Part shown: piece by piece, positions 52,238 to 61,418 of the stretch
Layout: each line of letters opens with the position of its first letter
Position numbering within the stretch: the stretch's first letter is position 1
Assembly (NCBI GenBank): GCA_963719085.1
Contig: CAVRAL010000001.1
Span: 672,001-736,000, forward strand
Length of the DNA: 64,000 bases
Source: a candidate division FCPU426 bacterium
GTDB taxonomy: Bacteria; Oederibacteriota; Muellerivitia; Muellerivitales; Muellerivitaceae
Direction of reading: 5' to 3'
Program-made: the position numbers and the translations under genes
Notes under the pieces: model-generated
Databases searched by the model: none
The model's input: only the letters and a program-made list of their open reading frames with translations
What the model was told of the DNA's origin: nothing

Positions 52238-53139
52238 CATTGAAAATGACGCCGAGAGTTTGTCCGGTTTGCGGAAACTCGGATGACTCAAAGGTCTTCG
52301 CGCCGGCCCGCTTTGACTTAGACCAATTGGACGAGTTCGCTTTCGCTTCCCGCAAAATCCCCGAATACATGAATTTCCGGCTGGTGATTTGCCCCCGGTG
52401 CGACCTGCTTTACGCTAGCCCTATTCTTTCGATGGGAAAAATATTGTCCGCTTATGAGGACGCGGCTTTTGACAGCCAGCAAGAGGCGGCCGCGGCCGCC
52501 CGGACCTATGGCCGCATCCTGGACGGCTTTCTCGACCAAGTTCCCTCGAATCGGGATGGCGCCTTGGATATTGGGACCGGCGACGGCGCTTTTTTAGCCG
52601 AGTTAGTGAAACGCCAATTTACCCATGTGCGGGGGATTGAGCCGTCCAAAGCCCCCATTCAAGCGGCGAAAGAAGATCTAAGGCCCTTGATCAAGCAGGG
52701 CGTTTTTAACCCCAAACAGTTTAAAAAAGACAGCCTGTCGCTCGTCAGTTGTTTTCAAACCTTTGAGCACGTGGGAAACCCGCTGGAAATCGCCCGAGGC
52801 GCCTTTAAAATTCTTAAAAAGGGCGGCGTCTTTTTTGTGATTTCCCACAATCGCAAGGCGCTCTCCACCCAAATTCTTGGAAGATACTCGCCCATCTTTG
52901 ACATCGAGCATCTCCAACTTTTTTCTTTTCCAAGCGTACGATTTTTATTCGAGAAGGCGGGATTTAAAAAAATCATGATCAAGCGTTTTCTCGACACCTA
53001 TCCTTTGAATTACTGGATGCGGCTGGCGCCTTTGCCCGCCAAGCGAAAGCTGATTTCGCTGTTTGAGAAAATGGGTTTGAGCCGGCTGCCGATAAAGATT
53101 TACGCCGGCAATATGGCGGTCATCGGGGTGAAGGAATAA
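52234..53139 (+). CDS. Class I SAM methyltransferase with N-terminal Cys pairs
   Basis: CPVC...CPRC, LDIGTGDG, GIEPS, TFEHV; start overlaps the upstream stop. Confidence 0.85.
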   Translation: MTLKMTPRVCPVCGNSDDSKVFAPARFDLDQLDEFAFASRKIPEYMNFRLVICPRCDLLYASPILSMGKILSAYEDAAFDSQQEAAAAARTYGRILDGFLDQVPSNRDGALDIGTGDGAFLAELVKRQFTHVRGIEPSKAPIQAAKEDLRPLIKQGVFNPKQFKKDSLSLVSCFQTFEHVGNPLEIARGAFKILKKGGVFFVISHNRKALSTQILGRYSPIFDIEHLQLFSFPSVRFLFEKAGFKKIMIKRFLDTYPLNYWMRLAPLPAKRKLISLFEKMGLSRLPIKIYAGNMAVIGVKE

Positions 53140-53142
53140 GTC

Positions 53143-53949
53143 ATGATGAACAAAAAGGTTTCCGCCGAAAAATCCTTAAATGAAAGACTCATCCATCCTC
53201 CAGTCAACCGGGCGGCCTATTCGGACAGGACCGCTTGGATTTTGGCCTGCTGTTCCAAGATGGCTTATCACAAGATCCCCCAGTTAAGAGCCGGACTCAA
53301 AAAGTTTGATTTAAGATTGGTGAAGCAGTTTTATTGCGACGATAACCAAAATTTCGCTTATTTGGCTGTCCACTCAACCTACGCGGTTTTGGCCTTTAAG
53401 GGGACAGTTCCCGGCGAGATCCACACGGTCGAAACGGACGCGGATTTTTGGCAGGTCCAAAGTAAATATGGCGCCGTGCACGAGGGTTTTTTGGACACTT
53501 ACCGGGAATTGGCCAAGGAAATCGAACCGGCGCTTCGAAAAATCGACCTTCCCATCTATATCACCGGCCATAGCTTGGGTGGAGCCTTGGCCCTTTTAGC
53601 CACGGTGTTCATCACGGATCAGGACAAACTGGCCGCCTGTTACAACTACGGCTGCCCCCGGGTGGGAACCGATCCCATGGCCGACCGAATTTTCAAAGTG
53701 CCGGTTTACCGCTGTGTGCATCACGCCGATATCGTTCCCGCGGTTCCGCTGCTCATTCAAGGTTACCGCCAATATGGGGACACCCGCTACTTACGGGACA
53801 ATGGCAAGGTTTGCGAGGGAAGCCAGGCTGTGGCACGGCGTTTTTTCGCGACTTTAAACCCTTTGAATTGGCTTCACTGTATTTCCGACCACGGAATTGA
53901 GAACTATATCCGTATCTTGGAAGAGTACGCCAAAATCCGGAACCGCTAG
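53143..53949 (+). CDS. Lipase class 3 family alpha/beta hydrolase
   Basis: LAFKGT, VHEGF, GHSLGG, YGCPRVG, DIVPAVP, DH. Confidence 0.88.
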   Translation: MMNKKVSAEKSLNERLIHPPVNRAAYSDRTAWILACCSKMAYHKIPQLRAGLKKFDLRLVKQFYCDDNQNFAYLAVHSTYAVLAFKGTVPGEIHTVETDADFWQVQSKYGAVHEGFLDTYRELAKEIEPALRKIDLPIYITGHSLGGALALLATVFITDQDKLAACYNYGCPRVGTDPMADRIFKVPVYRCVHHADIVPAVPLLIQGYRQYGDTRYLRDNGKVCEGSQAVARRFFATLNPLNWLHCISDHGIENYIRILEEYAKIRNR

Positions 53950-54044
53950 TCCCTCCGCCCGTTTAAAGCTCTTGAGGTTGATTTTTCTCACTCGAAAGTT
54001 GATCCTCTAGACAGGTTAAAGATAAGAAGCGGAAAGCGGGCGGC

Positions 54045-55025
54045 ATGAATGGAACGATGAAGGTGTTGGCGGCATCCCACTACGGTCCTTTGGATCAACT
54101 TCGGGTCATCGAACTTCCGACTCCAGAACCCGCCCCGGGTGAAATTCGCGTGCGGGTCGCAGCCTCAGCGTTAAACCCGGCGGATTTTAAAGTCATCCTG
54201 GGAACGATGAAATTTCTGCATGGCCGGAATTTTCCGTTGGTGCCCGGCTATGATTTTTCGGGGACAATTGAGGCGGTGGGACCGGAAACCGAATCTTTTA
54301 AGATGGGCGACGAGGTGTTCGGCTTTTTGCCTTACGGGATGAAAAACAAGCGGGGCGCCTTCGCGGAAACGATCATCGCGAAAGCGGCTGAAGTGGCTTT
54401 TAAACCGGCCAACGTTTCCCATGCCCAAGCGGCCGCTTCCGCGACACCCGGGCTTACCGCGATTCAATCCTTGCGCGATCTTGGCGGCCTTCGGGGAACG
54501 GGTACCCGAATTTTGGTCAATGGAGTTTCCGGTGGAGTGGGTTCAATCGCCATCGGCATCGCCAAGCGGATGGGGGCTTCGGTGACCGCCGTTGGCGCGG
54601 GCGGCGGGCTTGATTTGGCCCGGAAATTGGGGGCTGAAACCGTCATCGATCGAAAATCACAGGATGTTTTCGCCGAAGCCAAGGGCCTTTTTGACGTCGT
54701 TCTTGATGCCGCGGCCGCTTACCACTGGAGCCAATGGAAATCGTTTTTGAAGCCGGGCGGGGCCTATGTCACGACACTTCCATCCTTGGGTTACGCCAAG
54801 GACATGATCACCAGCTTTTTTAGCTCGACGAAAAATCGGTTCATCATGGTGAAATCCAAAGCCAATGATCTGAAGCTATTGGGGGAATGGCTGTCGACTG
54901 GTCTTGAGGTGCATCTGGATTCGACCATTCCGGTACGGGATGTCGCCAAAGGCTTGGCCCGATTGCAAAAGGGTGAAACGGTTGGACGGATTGCGGTGGA
55001 TCTTTTGAATTGGTTCGAAAACTAA
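54045..55025 (+). CDS. NAD(P)-dependent MDR/quinone oxidoreductase-like protein
   Basis: SALNPADFK, GYDFSG, GAFAE, LVNGVSGGVG. Confidence 0.88.
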   Translation: MNGTMKVLAASHYGPLDQLRVIELPTPEPAPGEIRVRVAASALNPADFKVILGTMKFLHGRNFPLVPGYDFSGTIEAVGPETESFKMGDEVFGFLPYGMKNKRGAFAETIIAKAAEVAFKPANVSHAQAAASATPGLTAIQSLRDLGGLRGTGTRILVNGVSGGVGSIAIGIAKRMGASVTAVGAGGGLDLARKLGAETVIDRKSQDVFAEAKGLFDVVLDAAAAYHWSQWKSFLKPGGAYVTTLPSLGYAKDMITSFFSSTKNRFIMVKSKANDLKLLGEWLSTGLEVHLDSTIPVRDVAKGLARLQKGETVGRIAVDLLNWFEN

Positions 55026-55060
55026 CTATTCAATATTTAATTTAATTCAGAAAGACTTTT

Positions 55061-55678
55061 GTGAAGAAGAAAAAAGCTAAGAGAATTGGGTTCAATATAA
55101 AACCATTTCACGACTTAGTCGTTTTTGACTTGGAAACAACCGGTTTCGCGCCGGCGGATATCATCCAAATCGCCGCGATTCGGATGACTGAAGGTCGTAT
55201 CGTTGAAGAAGACTTCTTTTTTTCGTATGTCAAACCCAGTTGTCGTCTGGATCCATTCATCATTGATTACACCGGCATCACTGAAAACGACGTTAAAAAC
55301 GCCCCTCGCCCTGATGTTGTTCTTCCAAAATTCTTTGAATATTGTAAAGAATCCCTTCTGGTCGCCCATAACGGACAATCTTTTGATATCCCTATGATCC
55401 GCAGGATTTCCGAGCAATATGGCCTCAAAGCCCGTCCTACCGAATCGATTGATTCAATGCATCTCTCCTGGAACTTGTGGGGACGACGAAAAGTTTCCTC
55501 GCATGGATTGGACGCCGTCATTGCCCGTTCAAACGTATCTAAAGAGGGAATTCGCCGGCATGACGCCCGGGGTGACGTGATGATGACCGCCAAATGCGTT
55601 CAACACATGGTGAACGAACTTGAAAAACGTCCTGACGAAATATCATTAAATATCAACAATTGTTTGTTCTCCAATTAA
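55061..55678 (+). CDS. Stand-alone DEDDh 3'-5' exonuclease (DnaQ/PolC exonuclease-like)
   Basis: VFDLETTG, YTGIT, AHNGQSFD, HDARGD. Confidence 0.88.
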   Translation: MKKKKAKRIGFNIKPFHDLVVFDLETTGFAPADIIQIAAIRMTEGRIVEEDFFFSYVKPSCRLDPFIIDYTGITENDVKNAPRPDVVLPKFFEYCKESLLVAHNGQSFDIPMIRRISEQYGLKARPTESIDSMHLSWNLWGRRKVSSHGLDAVIARSNVSKEGIRRHDARGDVMMTAKCVQHMVNELEKRPDEISLNINNCLFSN

Positions 55679-55691
55679 TTGATTTTGAATA

Positions 55692-55720
55692 TCGACAGGG
55701 GCGAATCGAGCCTTTAACAT
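55692..55720 (+). promoter_or_regulatory. Possible sigma70 promoter re-initiating the pur operon before purM
   Basis: TCGACA, 17 nt, TAACAT. Confidence 0.35.
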
Positions 55721-55758
55721 ACAGTCCTCACTAGCCACCGGACTTTTGGGAGGATCTT

Positions 55759-56790
55759 TTGAAGCAAGTTAGCTACGAAGACGCGGGCGTCAATATCGAG
55801 AAGGGCAACGAGTCGGTCCAACGGATCAAGCAACTCGTCAAAAAGACCTTCAACTCTGCGGTTCTTTCCGACATCGGCCTGTTCGGCGGGCTCTTTGAGT
55901 TCGATACCACCAAGTACAAAAAACCCGTTCTCGTCTCCTCCACTGACGGCGTCGGCACCAAAACCCAAATCGGTGTGGCGATGAAGCAATACGCCAACCT
56001 GGGCCGCGATATCGTCGGTCATTCGATTAATGACATTCTCGTTCAAGGCGCCAAGCCGCTCTTTTTTCTCGATTACCTGGCGGCGGGAAAGCTGGATGTT
56101 TCGGTTGTGGAGCAAATCGTTTCCGGCATGGTAGATGAATGCGTCAAAGCCGGGTTGGTCCTGATCGGCGGGGAAACCGCTGAAATGCCTTCGGTTTATA
56201 AAGAAGGGGATTACGATATCGCTGGAACCATTGTGGGAGTGGTGGAAAAAGACAAGGTCATCCGTGGTCAAAATGTGAAGCCGGGTGATTTTTGTATCGG
56301 CCTTCCTTCGGTTTCCTTACACACCAACGGCTATTCTTTGGCCCGCAAATTGGTGACGGATGTGGCCGGTTTGAAATACACCGATTTCGTCAAAGAAGTG
56401 AACGGTGTCATCGGGGAAGTCTTGCTCGTTCCCCACAAAAGCTATTACCCTGAAATTTACCCCATCTTGGATCAAGTCGAAGTGAAGGCCATGGCTCATA
56501 TTACCGGCGGGGGGTTGATTGACAATCCGCCCCGCGTGCTTCCGGAGGGCTGCCGCATTCAATTTAAGCGCGGTTCTTGGAAGACGCTTCCGGTTTTTGA
56601 CTGGTTGGTTAAAACCGGCAACATTGGTGAATTTGAAGCCTATCGGTCGCTCAACATGGGCGTCGGCATGGTCATCATTGTTTCCAAAGACAACGTCGAT
56701 AAGGCGGTTGCCTTGCTAAAACAAAACGGTGCCGATCCTTCGGTGATCGGTGAAGTGGTGGCCGGTCAAAAAGGCGTCGAGTTCGTTTAA
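55759..56790 (+). CDS. purM: AIR synthetase
   Basis: YEDAGVN, STDGVGTK, GGETAEMP, HTNGYSL, AHITGGG, NMGVGM. Confidence 0.97.
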   Translation: MKQVSYEDAGVNIEKGNESVQRIKQLVKKTFNSAVLSDIGLFGGLFEFDTTKYKKPVLVSSTDGVGTKTQIGVAMKQYANLGRDIVGHSINDILVQGAKPLFFLDYLAAGKLDVSVVEQIVSGMVDECVKAGLVLIGGETAEMPSVYKEGDYDIAGTIVGVVEKDKVIRGQNVKPGDFCIGLPSVSLHTNGYSLARKLVTDVAGLKYTDFVKEVNGVIGEVLLVPHKSYYPEIYPILDQVEVKAMAHITGGGLIDNPPRVLPEGCRIQFKRGSWKTLPVFDWLVKTGNIGEFEAYRSLNMGVGMVIIVSKDNVDKAVALLKQNGADPSVIGEVVAGQKGVEFV

Positions 56791-56802
56791 AGCGAAAACA
56801 TG

Positions 56803-56914
56803 TTTCATCGCCAAGACGCCAAGTTCACCAAGAACAGCGGAAGAAAAATCAGCGATGTTGAAAATCTAATCTCTTTTTTTATTTCTTGGCGAACTTGGCG
56901 TCTTGGCGGTAAAA
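56803..56914. repeat. Long inverted-repeat element E9 (CGCCAAG type)
   Basis: tttcatcgccaagacgccaagttcaccaagaa / ttcttggcgaacttggcgtcttggcggtaaaa. Confidence 0.92.
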
Positions 56915-56950
56915 GGGTTTTGCTTATCCTTAGTTTTTACTGAAAGGTTC

Positions 56951-58969
56951 TTGGTGCGGGCGGCATCCATTCCTGAAAACAAAAATCCGACCGCGCCGAT
57001 TCAGGTGAGCGGTTGGAAATTGGCCCTGGACCGGGCCCCGCTTTTTATGTCCGTGCTTCTTCTGTTTATCCTTCCTTTTATCACCCAACCCGACAGCGCT
57101 GATCCGATCGAAGTAAAAGCCTTGCTCGCCCAAATCATCGTCTTTTTGATCTTGGGTGCTTGGGTTTTGAAGGTTTACTTAAGCGGTCAGTGGACCGTGG
57201 TTTACACCACTGCGTTTCTCCCGCTTTTGCTTTTGGTGCTTTGGGTCGCGGGGACCCTCTTTTTTTCACCCTTCGCGTCGGTGGGGTGGCGAAGCTTCTT
57301 TTCGGATATGTACCTGCCTCTTTGGTATCTGCTCCTCACTCAAACCTGCGTGGAAGTTTGGCGGGCGGAAAATTTAATCATCACTTTCTTAATGGCGGCT
57401 TTTGGAACGTCACTGTGGGCCATTGCCCAAGCCCTGGGGTTTGACCATGGCGTGTGGGGAGTCATCGCGGCTCAAAGCTTTCAAGGACGGGTCACGGCGG
57501 GCTTGGGCAACCCCGAATTTCTGGCCGGCTTTTTATTAACCGCGTGGCCATTGGCCTTGGCTCTGTCACTTCGGGCTTCCTCGAAAGGCGCCAAGCTTTT
57601 ATGGGCGGTGATTTTGGTGACCTCTTGGATTGCCCTGGTCTTAACCCAAAGCAAAGCCGGCTGGCTGGGCGGGGTGATCGGTCTTTTGACTTTTGTTTTC
57701 TTTTACTTCTGGAAAAGCCAGGACACGGCTTTAGCCCGCCGATGGTTTATCGGTCTGGCGCTGTTGCTCGTGGTTTTGACCCTGGCCTCGCCCCTGAAAA
57801 ATAGGTTATCCGATCTTTCGAATCCTCAAAATGAATCCATCCAGTTTCGGGAAGAAGTCTGGAAGGGAACTTGGGAAATGATCAAGGCCCATCCCATTCG
57901 GGGTACAGGATGGGGAACTTTTGAGACGGCTTACCCGCCTTACCGCCCGGAAGCTTTGATGTTGAACCAAAAGCAAAGAAGTTTTGAGGTTGAGCATGCC
58001 CATAATTGGGTTTTGGAGTGGGTGGCGGAGACGGGCTTTGTGGGATTGGGGTTATTGTTATTTTTCGTGGCGGCGGTTTGTTTTCAGTGGTGGAAGCTTT
58101 ACGCGGCCAAGGCGATTCCGGCGGCGCTGGGGGCGGCGGCCGCGGCGGTTTTCGCCGGAGTCAAGGTTGACAATTTTTTTGACGTGAACAGCAGCCTGCC
58201 TTCCACGTTGGTCCCGCTTTTATTCGTTGCCGCGCTTCCGGTGGCGCTTTCCAACCGCTTCGTTCAAATCCCGGGCTTTCCGGTACGGGCCAAGGTTTGG
58301 AATTTAAAAGACTATAAAATTTACCTGGCGCCGGTCACTTTGTTGATCGTCCTTTTGATGATGGCAGGGGTCAACCGGGCGATGGACGGCCAAATAGCCG
58401 GCGCGATTTTGAAAATCGCGGAAAGCGACTCGCAATCCAAGCAGTGGGACAAGGCGATCGATTTATACAGCCGGGTGATTCGTATTGATCCTTCCAATGT
58501 GGAAGCGATTTATTTTAGGGGCGCCTCATACCTGGACCGGGACGCGGCGGGGGACGCGGGGCTAGCTTTGGCGGATTTTTTGGCGGTCCAAGCCCTGAAA
58601 CCTGATTATGTTTTAGTTCATTTTAAAAAGGCATTAGCTTTGAAGAAGTTAAATCGACTGCCCGAGGCGAGAGTCGAGATGAACCAGGCGGTGTCGCTTG
58701 ATCCCGAATTGATCGACCAGGATCCCGACTTTTTAAGGGCCGAGGGGCTGGCGGCCAAAAGGGATTATAAAAAGGCTTTGCCTCTTTATCAAAAATTGGT
58801 TTTCGACTATCCTGCCTGCGTTCCACTGCTCATCAACACCGCCAATACGATGGTGGAGTGCGGTTTGACCGCCCCCGCCCTTGATCTTTACAACCGGGCT
58901 CTCGTTTATGACCCGGGCAATTCGGACGCCCTTTCCAATTCTGCCGCTGTCAAAAAGATGAAGGAATAA
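56951..58969 (+). CDS. O-antigen ligase (WaaL/O-OTase-like) family protein with C-terminal TPR repeats
   Basis: Polytopic; LGNPEFLAG, TQSKAGW, HPIRGTGWGTF, HAHNWVLE, ETGFVG; several TPR-like repeats after the last TM. Confidence 0.85.
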   Translation: MVRAASIPENKNPTAPIQVSGWKLALDRAPLFMSVLLLFILPFITQPDSADPIEVKALLAQIIVFLILGAWVLKVYLSGQWTVVYTTAFLPLLLLVLWVAGTLFFSPFASVGWRSFFSDMYLPLWYLLLTQTCVEVWRAENLIITFLMAAFGTSLWAIAQALGFDHGVWGVIAAQSFQGRVTAGLGNPEFLAGFLLTAWPLALALSLRASSKGAKLLWAVILVTSWIALVLTQSKAGWLGGVIGLLTFVFFYFWKSQDTALARRWFIGLALLLVVLTLASPLKNRLSDLSNPQNESIQFREEVWKGTWEMIKAHPIRGTGWGTFETAYPPYRPEALMLNQKQRSFEVEHAHNWVLEWVAETGFVGLGLLLFFVAAVCFQWWKLYAAKAIPAALGAAAAAVFAGVKVDNFFDVNSSLPSTLVPLLFVAALPVALSNRFVQIPGFPVRAKVWNLKDYKIYLAPVTLLIVLLMMAGVNRAMDGQIAGAILKIAESDSQSKQWDKAIDLYSRVIRIDPSNVEAIYFRGASYLDRDAAGDAGLALADFLAVQALKPDYVLVHFKKALALKKLNRLPEARVEMNQAVSLDPELIDQDPDFLRAEGLAAKRDYKKALPLYQKLVFDYPACVPLLINTANTMVECGLTAPALDLYNRALVYDPGNSDALSNSAAVKKMKE

Positions 58970-58991
58970 CCTTAGAAATTTAAAAAACCTA

Positions 58992-59097
58992 TTTCACCGC
59001 CAAGACGCCAAGTAAAGCTAAAGTCTGAATTTTGATTTAAAGATTTGACCCTGTTGATTTTGTGCTCTTGGCGAACTTGGCATCTTGGCGGTTCAAA
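58992..59097. repeat. Long inverted-repeat element E10 (CGCCAAG type)
   Basis: tttcaccgccaagacgccaag / tcttggcgaacttggcatcttggcggttcaaa. Confidence 0.9.
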
Positions 59098-59117
59098 TTG
59101 TTTGTAAGGAATCTACT

Positions 59118-59744
59118 TTGATCAAGATTGCCGTATTCGCGTCGGGGGGCGGGTCTAACCTTCAGGCCCTGATTGACGCCCAGGAAGCGGGTCTTTTCAA
59201 AAAAGCCGCCATCGGCTTGGTCTTTTCCAACCAACCGGAAGCGGGGGCGCTGGAGAGGGCCTCTAAACACCAAATTGAGGCGGTTTCGATCACCAGCAAG
59301 GGTTATCCCGGTACCCGGGAAGAATATGACGAAGAAGTACTTCGGCTTTGCCGGGCCAAAAAAATTGATCTTATCTGCCTGGCCGGTTATATGCGAATCA
59401 TGACTCCGGTTTTGATCAAGCCCTATCTTTATAAGATGATGAATATTCATCCGGCGCTTTTACCGAAATTTGGCGGGCCGGGCATGTATGGCCACCATGT
59501 GCATGAGGCGGTGGTGAAGGCGAAAGAAAAAGAAACCGGCGCGACCGTTCATTTTGTGACCGAGGGCGTGGACGCGGGCCCGGTGATTTTGCAGGGGGAT
59601 GTGAAGGTTTCACCGAATGATACGCCCCAAACCTTGGCCGAGCGGGTTTTGCGGGTGGAGCATCAAATTTACCCGGAAGCCGTGCGGCTCTTTTGCGAGG
59701 GGAAGATCAAAGTTGAAAATGGGCGCGTGAAAATCAGCTATTAA
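59118..59744 (+). CDS. purN: GAR transformylase
   Basis: SGGGSNLQA, LAGYMRI, NIHPALLP, GATVHFV, DAGPVI. Confidence 0.96.
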   Translation: MIKIAVFASGGGSNLQALIDAQEAGLFKKAAIGLVFSNQPEAGALERASKHQIEAVSITSKGYPGTREEYDEEVLRLCRAKKIDLICLAGYMRIMTPVLIKPYLYKMMNIHPALLPKFGGPGMYGHHVHEAVVKAKEKETGATVHFVTEGVDAGPVILQGDVKVSPNDTPQTLAERVLRVEHQIYPEAVRLFCEGKIKVENGRVKISY

Positions 59745-59768
59745 CAAAATAACTATTTCGAGGGGAAC

Positions 59769-61343
59769 ATGGCCGACGATAAAGTCAAAATCAAACGGGC
59801 GCTGATCAGCGTTTCCGATAAAACCGGGTTGGTGGAGTTCGCCCGGGTGCTGGCGGATAACGGCGTGGAGCTTATCTCCACCGGCGGTACTTCCAAAGCC
59901 TTGAAGGAAGCGGGGTTAAAAGTATTCGACATTTCCGAAGTAACCGGCTTTCCCGAAATGCTGGATGGCCGGGTAAAGACCCTGCATCCGGTGGTCCATG
60001 GCGGCCTTTTGTCCCTGCGGGACAATCCGGAGCATATGAAAACCATCCAAGAGCACAACATCAAGCCCATCGACTTAGTTTGCGTGAATCTTTATCCCTT
60101 CGAGGCCACCATTTCGAAGCCCAATGTGGAACTTCATGAGGCGATCGAGAATATCGACATCGGCGGGCCCTCCATGATCCGCTCGGCTTCTAAAAATTAT
60201 CGAAGCGTGACGGTAGTCACTTCGCCTTCCCGTTATGCGGACGTCATTTTGGAAATGCGGGAAAACGACGGAGCCACCACTTTCAAACTGCGTCAAGAAT
60301 TGGCCATTGAGGCTTTCGGCAATACCGCCCGATATGACGGCATGATCCACGAATATCTGCACCGGAAACTTTCGGACAAGCCCTGGCCGGATGTCTTTAC
60401 CTTGTCCGGCATTAAGCTTCAGGAAATGCGTTATGGCGAAAACCCCCATCAGGGAGCGGCTTTTTACCGGGAACGGGCCAATCATTTGCCGACCATCGTC
60501 AATGGCAAGCAATTGCAAGGCAAAGAACTTTCGTATAACAACATCATGGACGCGGACGCGGCCTTGGGATTGGTGAAAGAATTTATCGACCCGGCGGCAG
60601 TCATTATTAAGCACACCAATCCTTGCGGCACGGCGATTGGCGCGGGAGTCCAAGAAGCCTTTCTGAAAGCTTTCGAGGCCGATCCCTTGTCGGCTTTTGG
60701 CGGGATCGTGGCCTTGAACCGGCCGGTGGATGAACAAACCGCCCGGCTTGTTTTGGAAAAGCTAAGCTTCTTTGAAATCATGCTGGCGCCTTCTTTTGAC
60801 GCGGGGGCTTTGAAATTATTCGGAGCGAAGAAAAACCTGCGGGTCATTTCGGTGGAGGGCCTTGGCTTTGTTACTGAAACGGTGCCGGGTTACCATGTGC
60901 GGCGCGTGGAAGGGGGCTTTTTGGTCCAAGAATTCGATCAGGCTTCCGAGGATAAAGGTGTTTATAAAATAATGACTGAAAAACAACCCGATTCTAAATT
61001 GTCCAAGGACATGGAAGTGGGTTGGAAGATCGTCAAGCATGTCAAGTCGAACGCCATTGTGTTGATCAAAGACGGCGTGACGGTGGGGGTTGGCGCGGGC
61101 CAGATGAACCGGGTTGGGTCTTTAGCGATCGCGATCGAGCAGGCGGGGGACAAGGCTAAGGGAAGCGTGATGGCCTCGGACGCGCTTTTGCCTTTCAGGG
61201 ACAGCGTGGACGCCTGCGCCAAAGCGGGAATCGCGGCCATTATTCAGACCGGGGGAAGTGTAAGAGACGCGGAGGTCATCCAAGCGGCCAACGAGCACGG
61301 CATCCCGATGGTCTTTACGACTTATAGGCACTTCAAACATTAA
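59769..61343 (+). CDS. purH: Bifunctional AICAR transformylase / IMP cyclohydrolase
   Basis: ALISVSDKTG, GRVKTLHP, IDIGGPS, RYGENPHQ, KHTNPCG, RHFKH. Confidence 0.97.
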   Translation: MADDKVKIKRALISVSDKTGLVEFARVLADNGVELISTGGTSKALKEAGLKVFDISEVTGFPEMLDGRVKTLHPVVHGGLLSLRDNPEHMKTIQEHNIKPIDLVCVNLYPFEATISKPNVELHEAIENIDIGGPSMIRSASKNYRSVTVVTSPSRYADVILEMRENDGATTFKLRQELAIEAFGNTARYDGMIHEYLHRKLSDKPWPDVFTLSGIKLQEMRYGENPHQGAAFYRERANHLPTIVNGKQLQGKELSYNNIMDADAALGLVKEFIDPAAVIIKHTNPCGTAIGAGVQEAFLKAFEADPLSAFGGIVALNRPVDEQTARLVLEKLSFFEIMLAPSFDAGALKLFGAKKNLRVISVEGLGFVTETVPGYHVRRVEGGFLVQEFDQASEDKGVYKIMTEKQPDSKLSKDMEVGWKIVKHVKSNAIVLIKDGVTVGVGAGQMNRVGSLAIAIEQAGDKAKGSVMASDALLPFRDSVDACAKAGIAAIIQTGGSVRDAEVIQAANEHGIPMVFTTYRHFKH

Positions 61344-61383
61344 CCAACACAAACTGCTCACGCAAAGACGCTAAGACGCCAAG
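61342..61383. repeat. Half element E11: solitary left arm nearly identical to E1
   Basis: 40 of 42 nt identical to 7271-7312; no right arm before purD. Confidence 0.9.
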
Positions 61384-61418
61384 TAGGGCAAAGACGTAGG
61401 ATTTTTTAGGGGGATGCT

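Noticed and set aside
43551..55700. Prophage or integrative element in the purF-purM gap
   Set aside because: No integrase, phage genes, tRNA target or flanking direct repeats were seen.
18246..59097. Bona fide integron attC sites or IS ends
   Set aside because: No consistent RYYYAAC/GTTRRRY boxes, no integrase or transposase in the window, and no target-site duplication seen. Kept only as an analogy.
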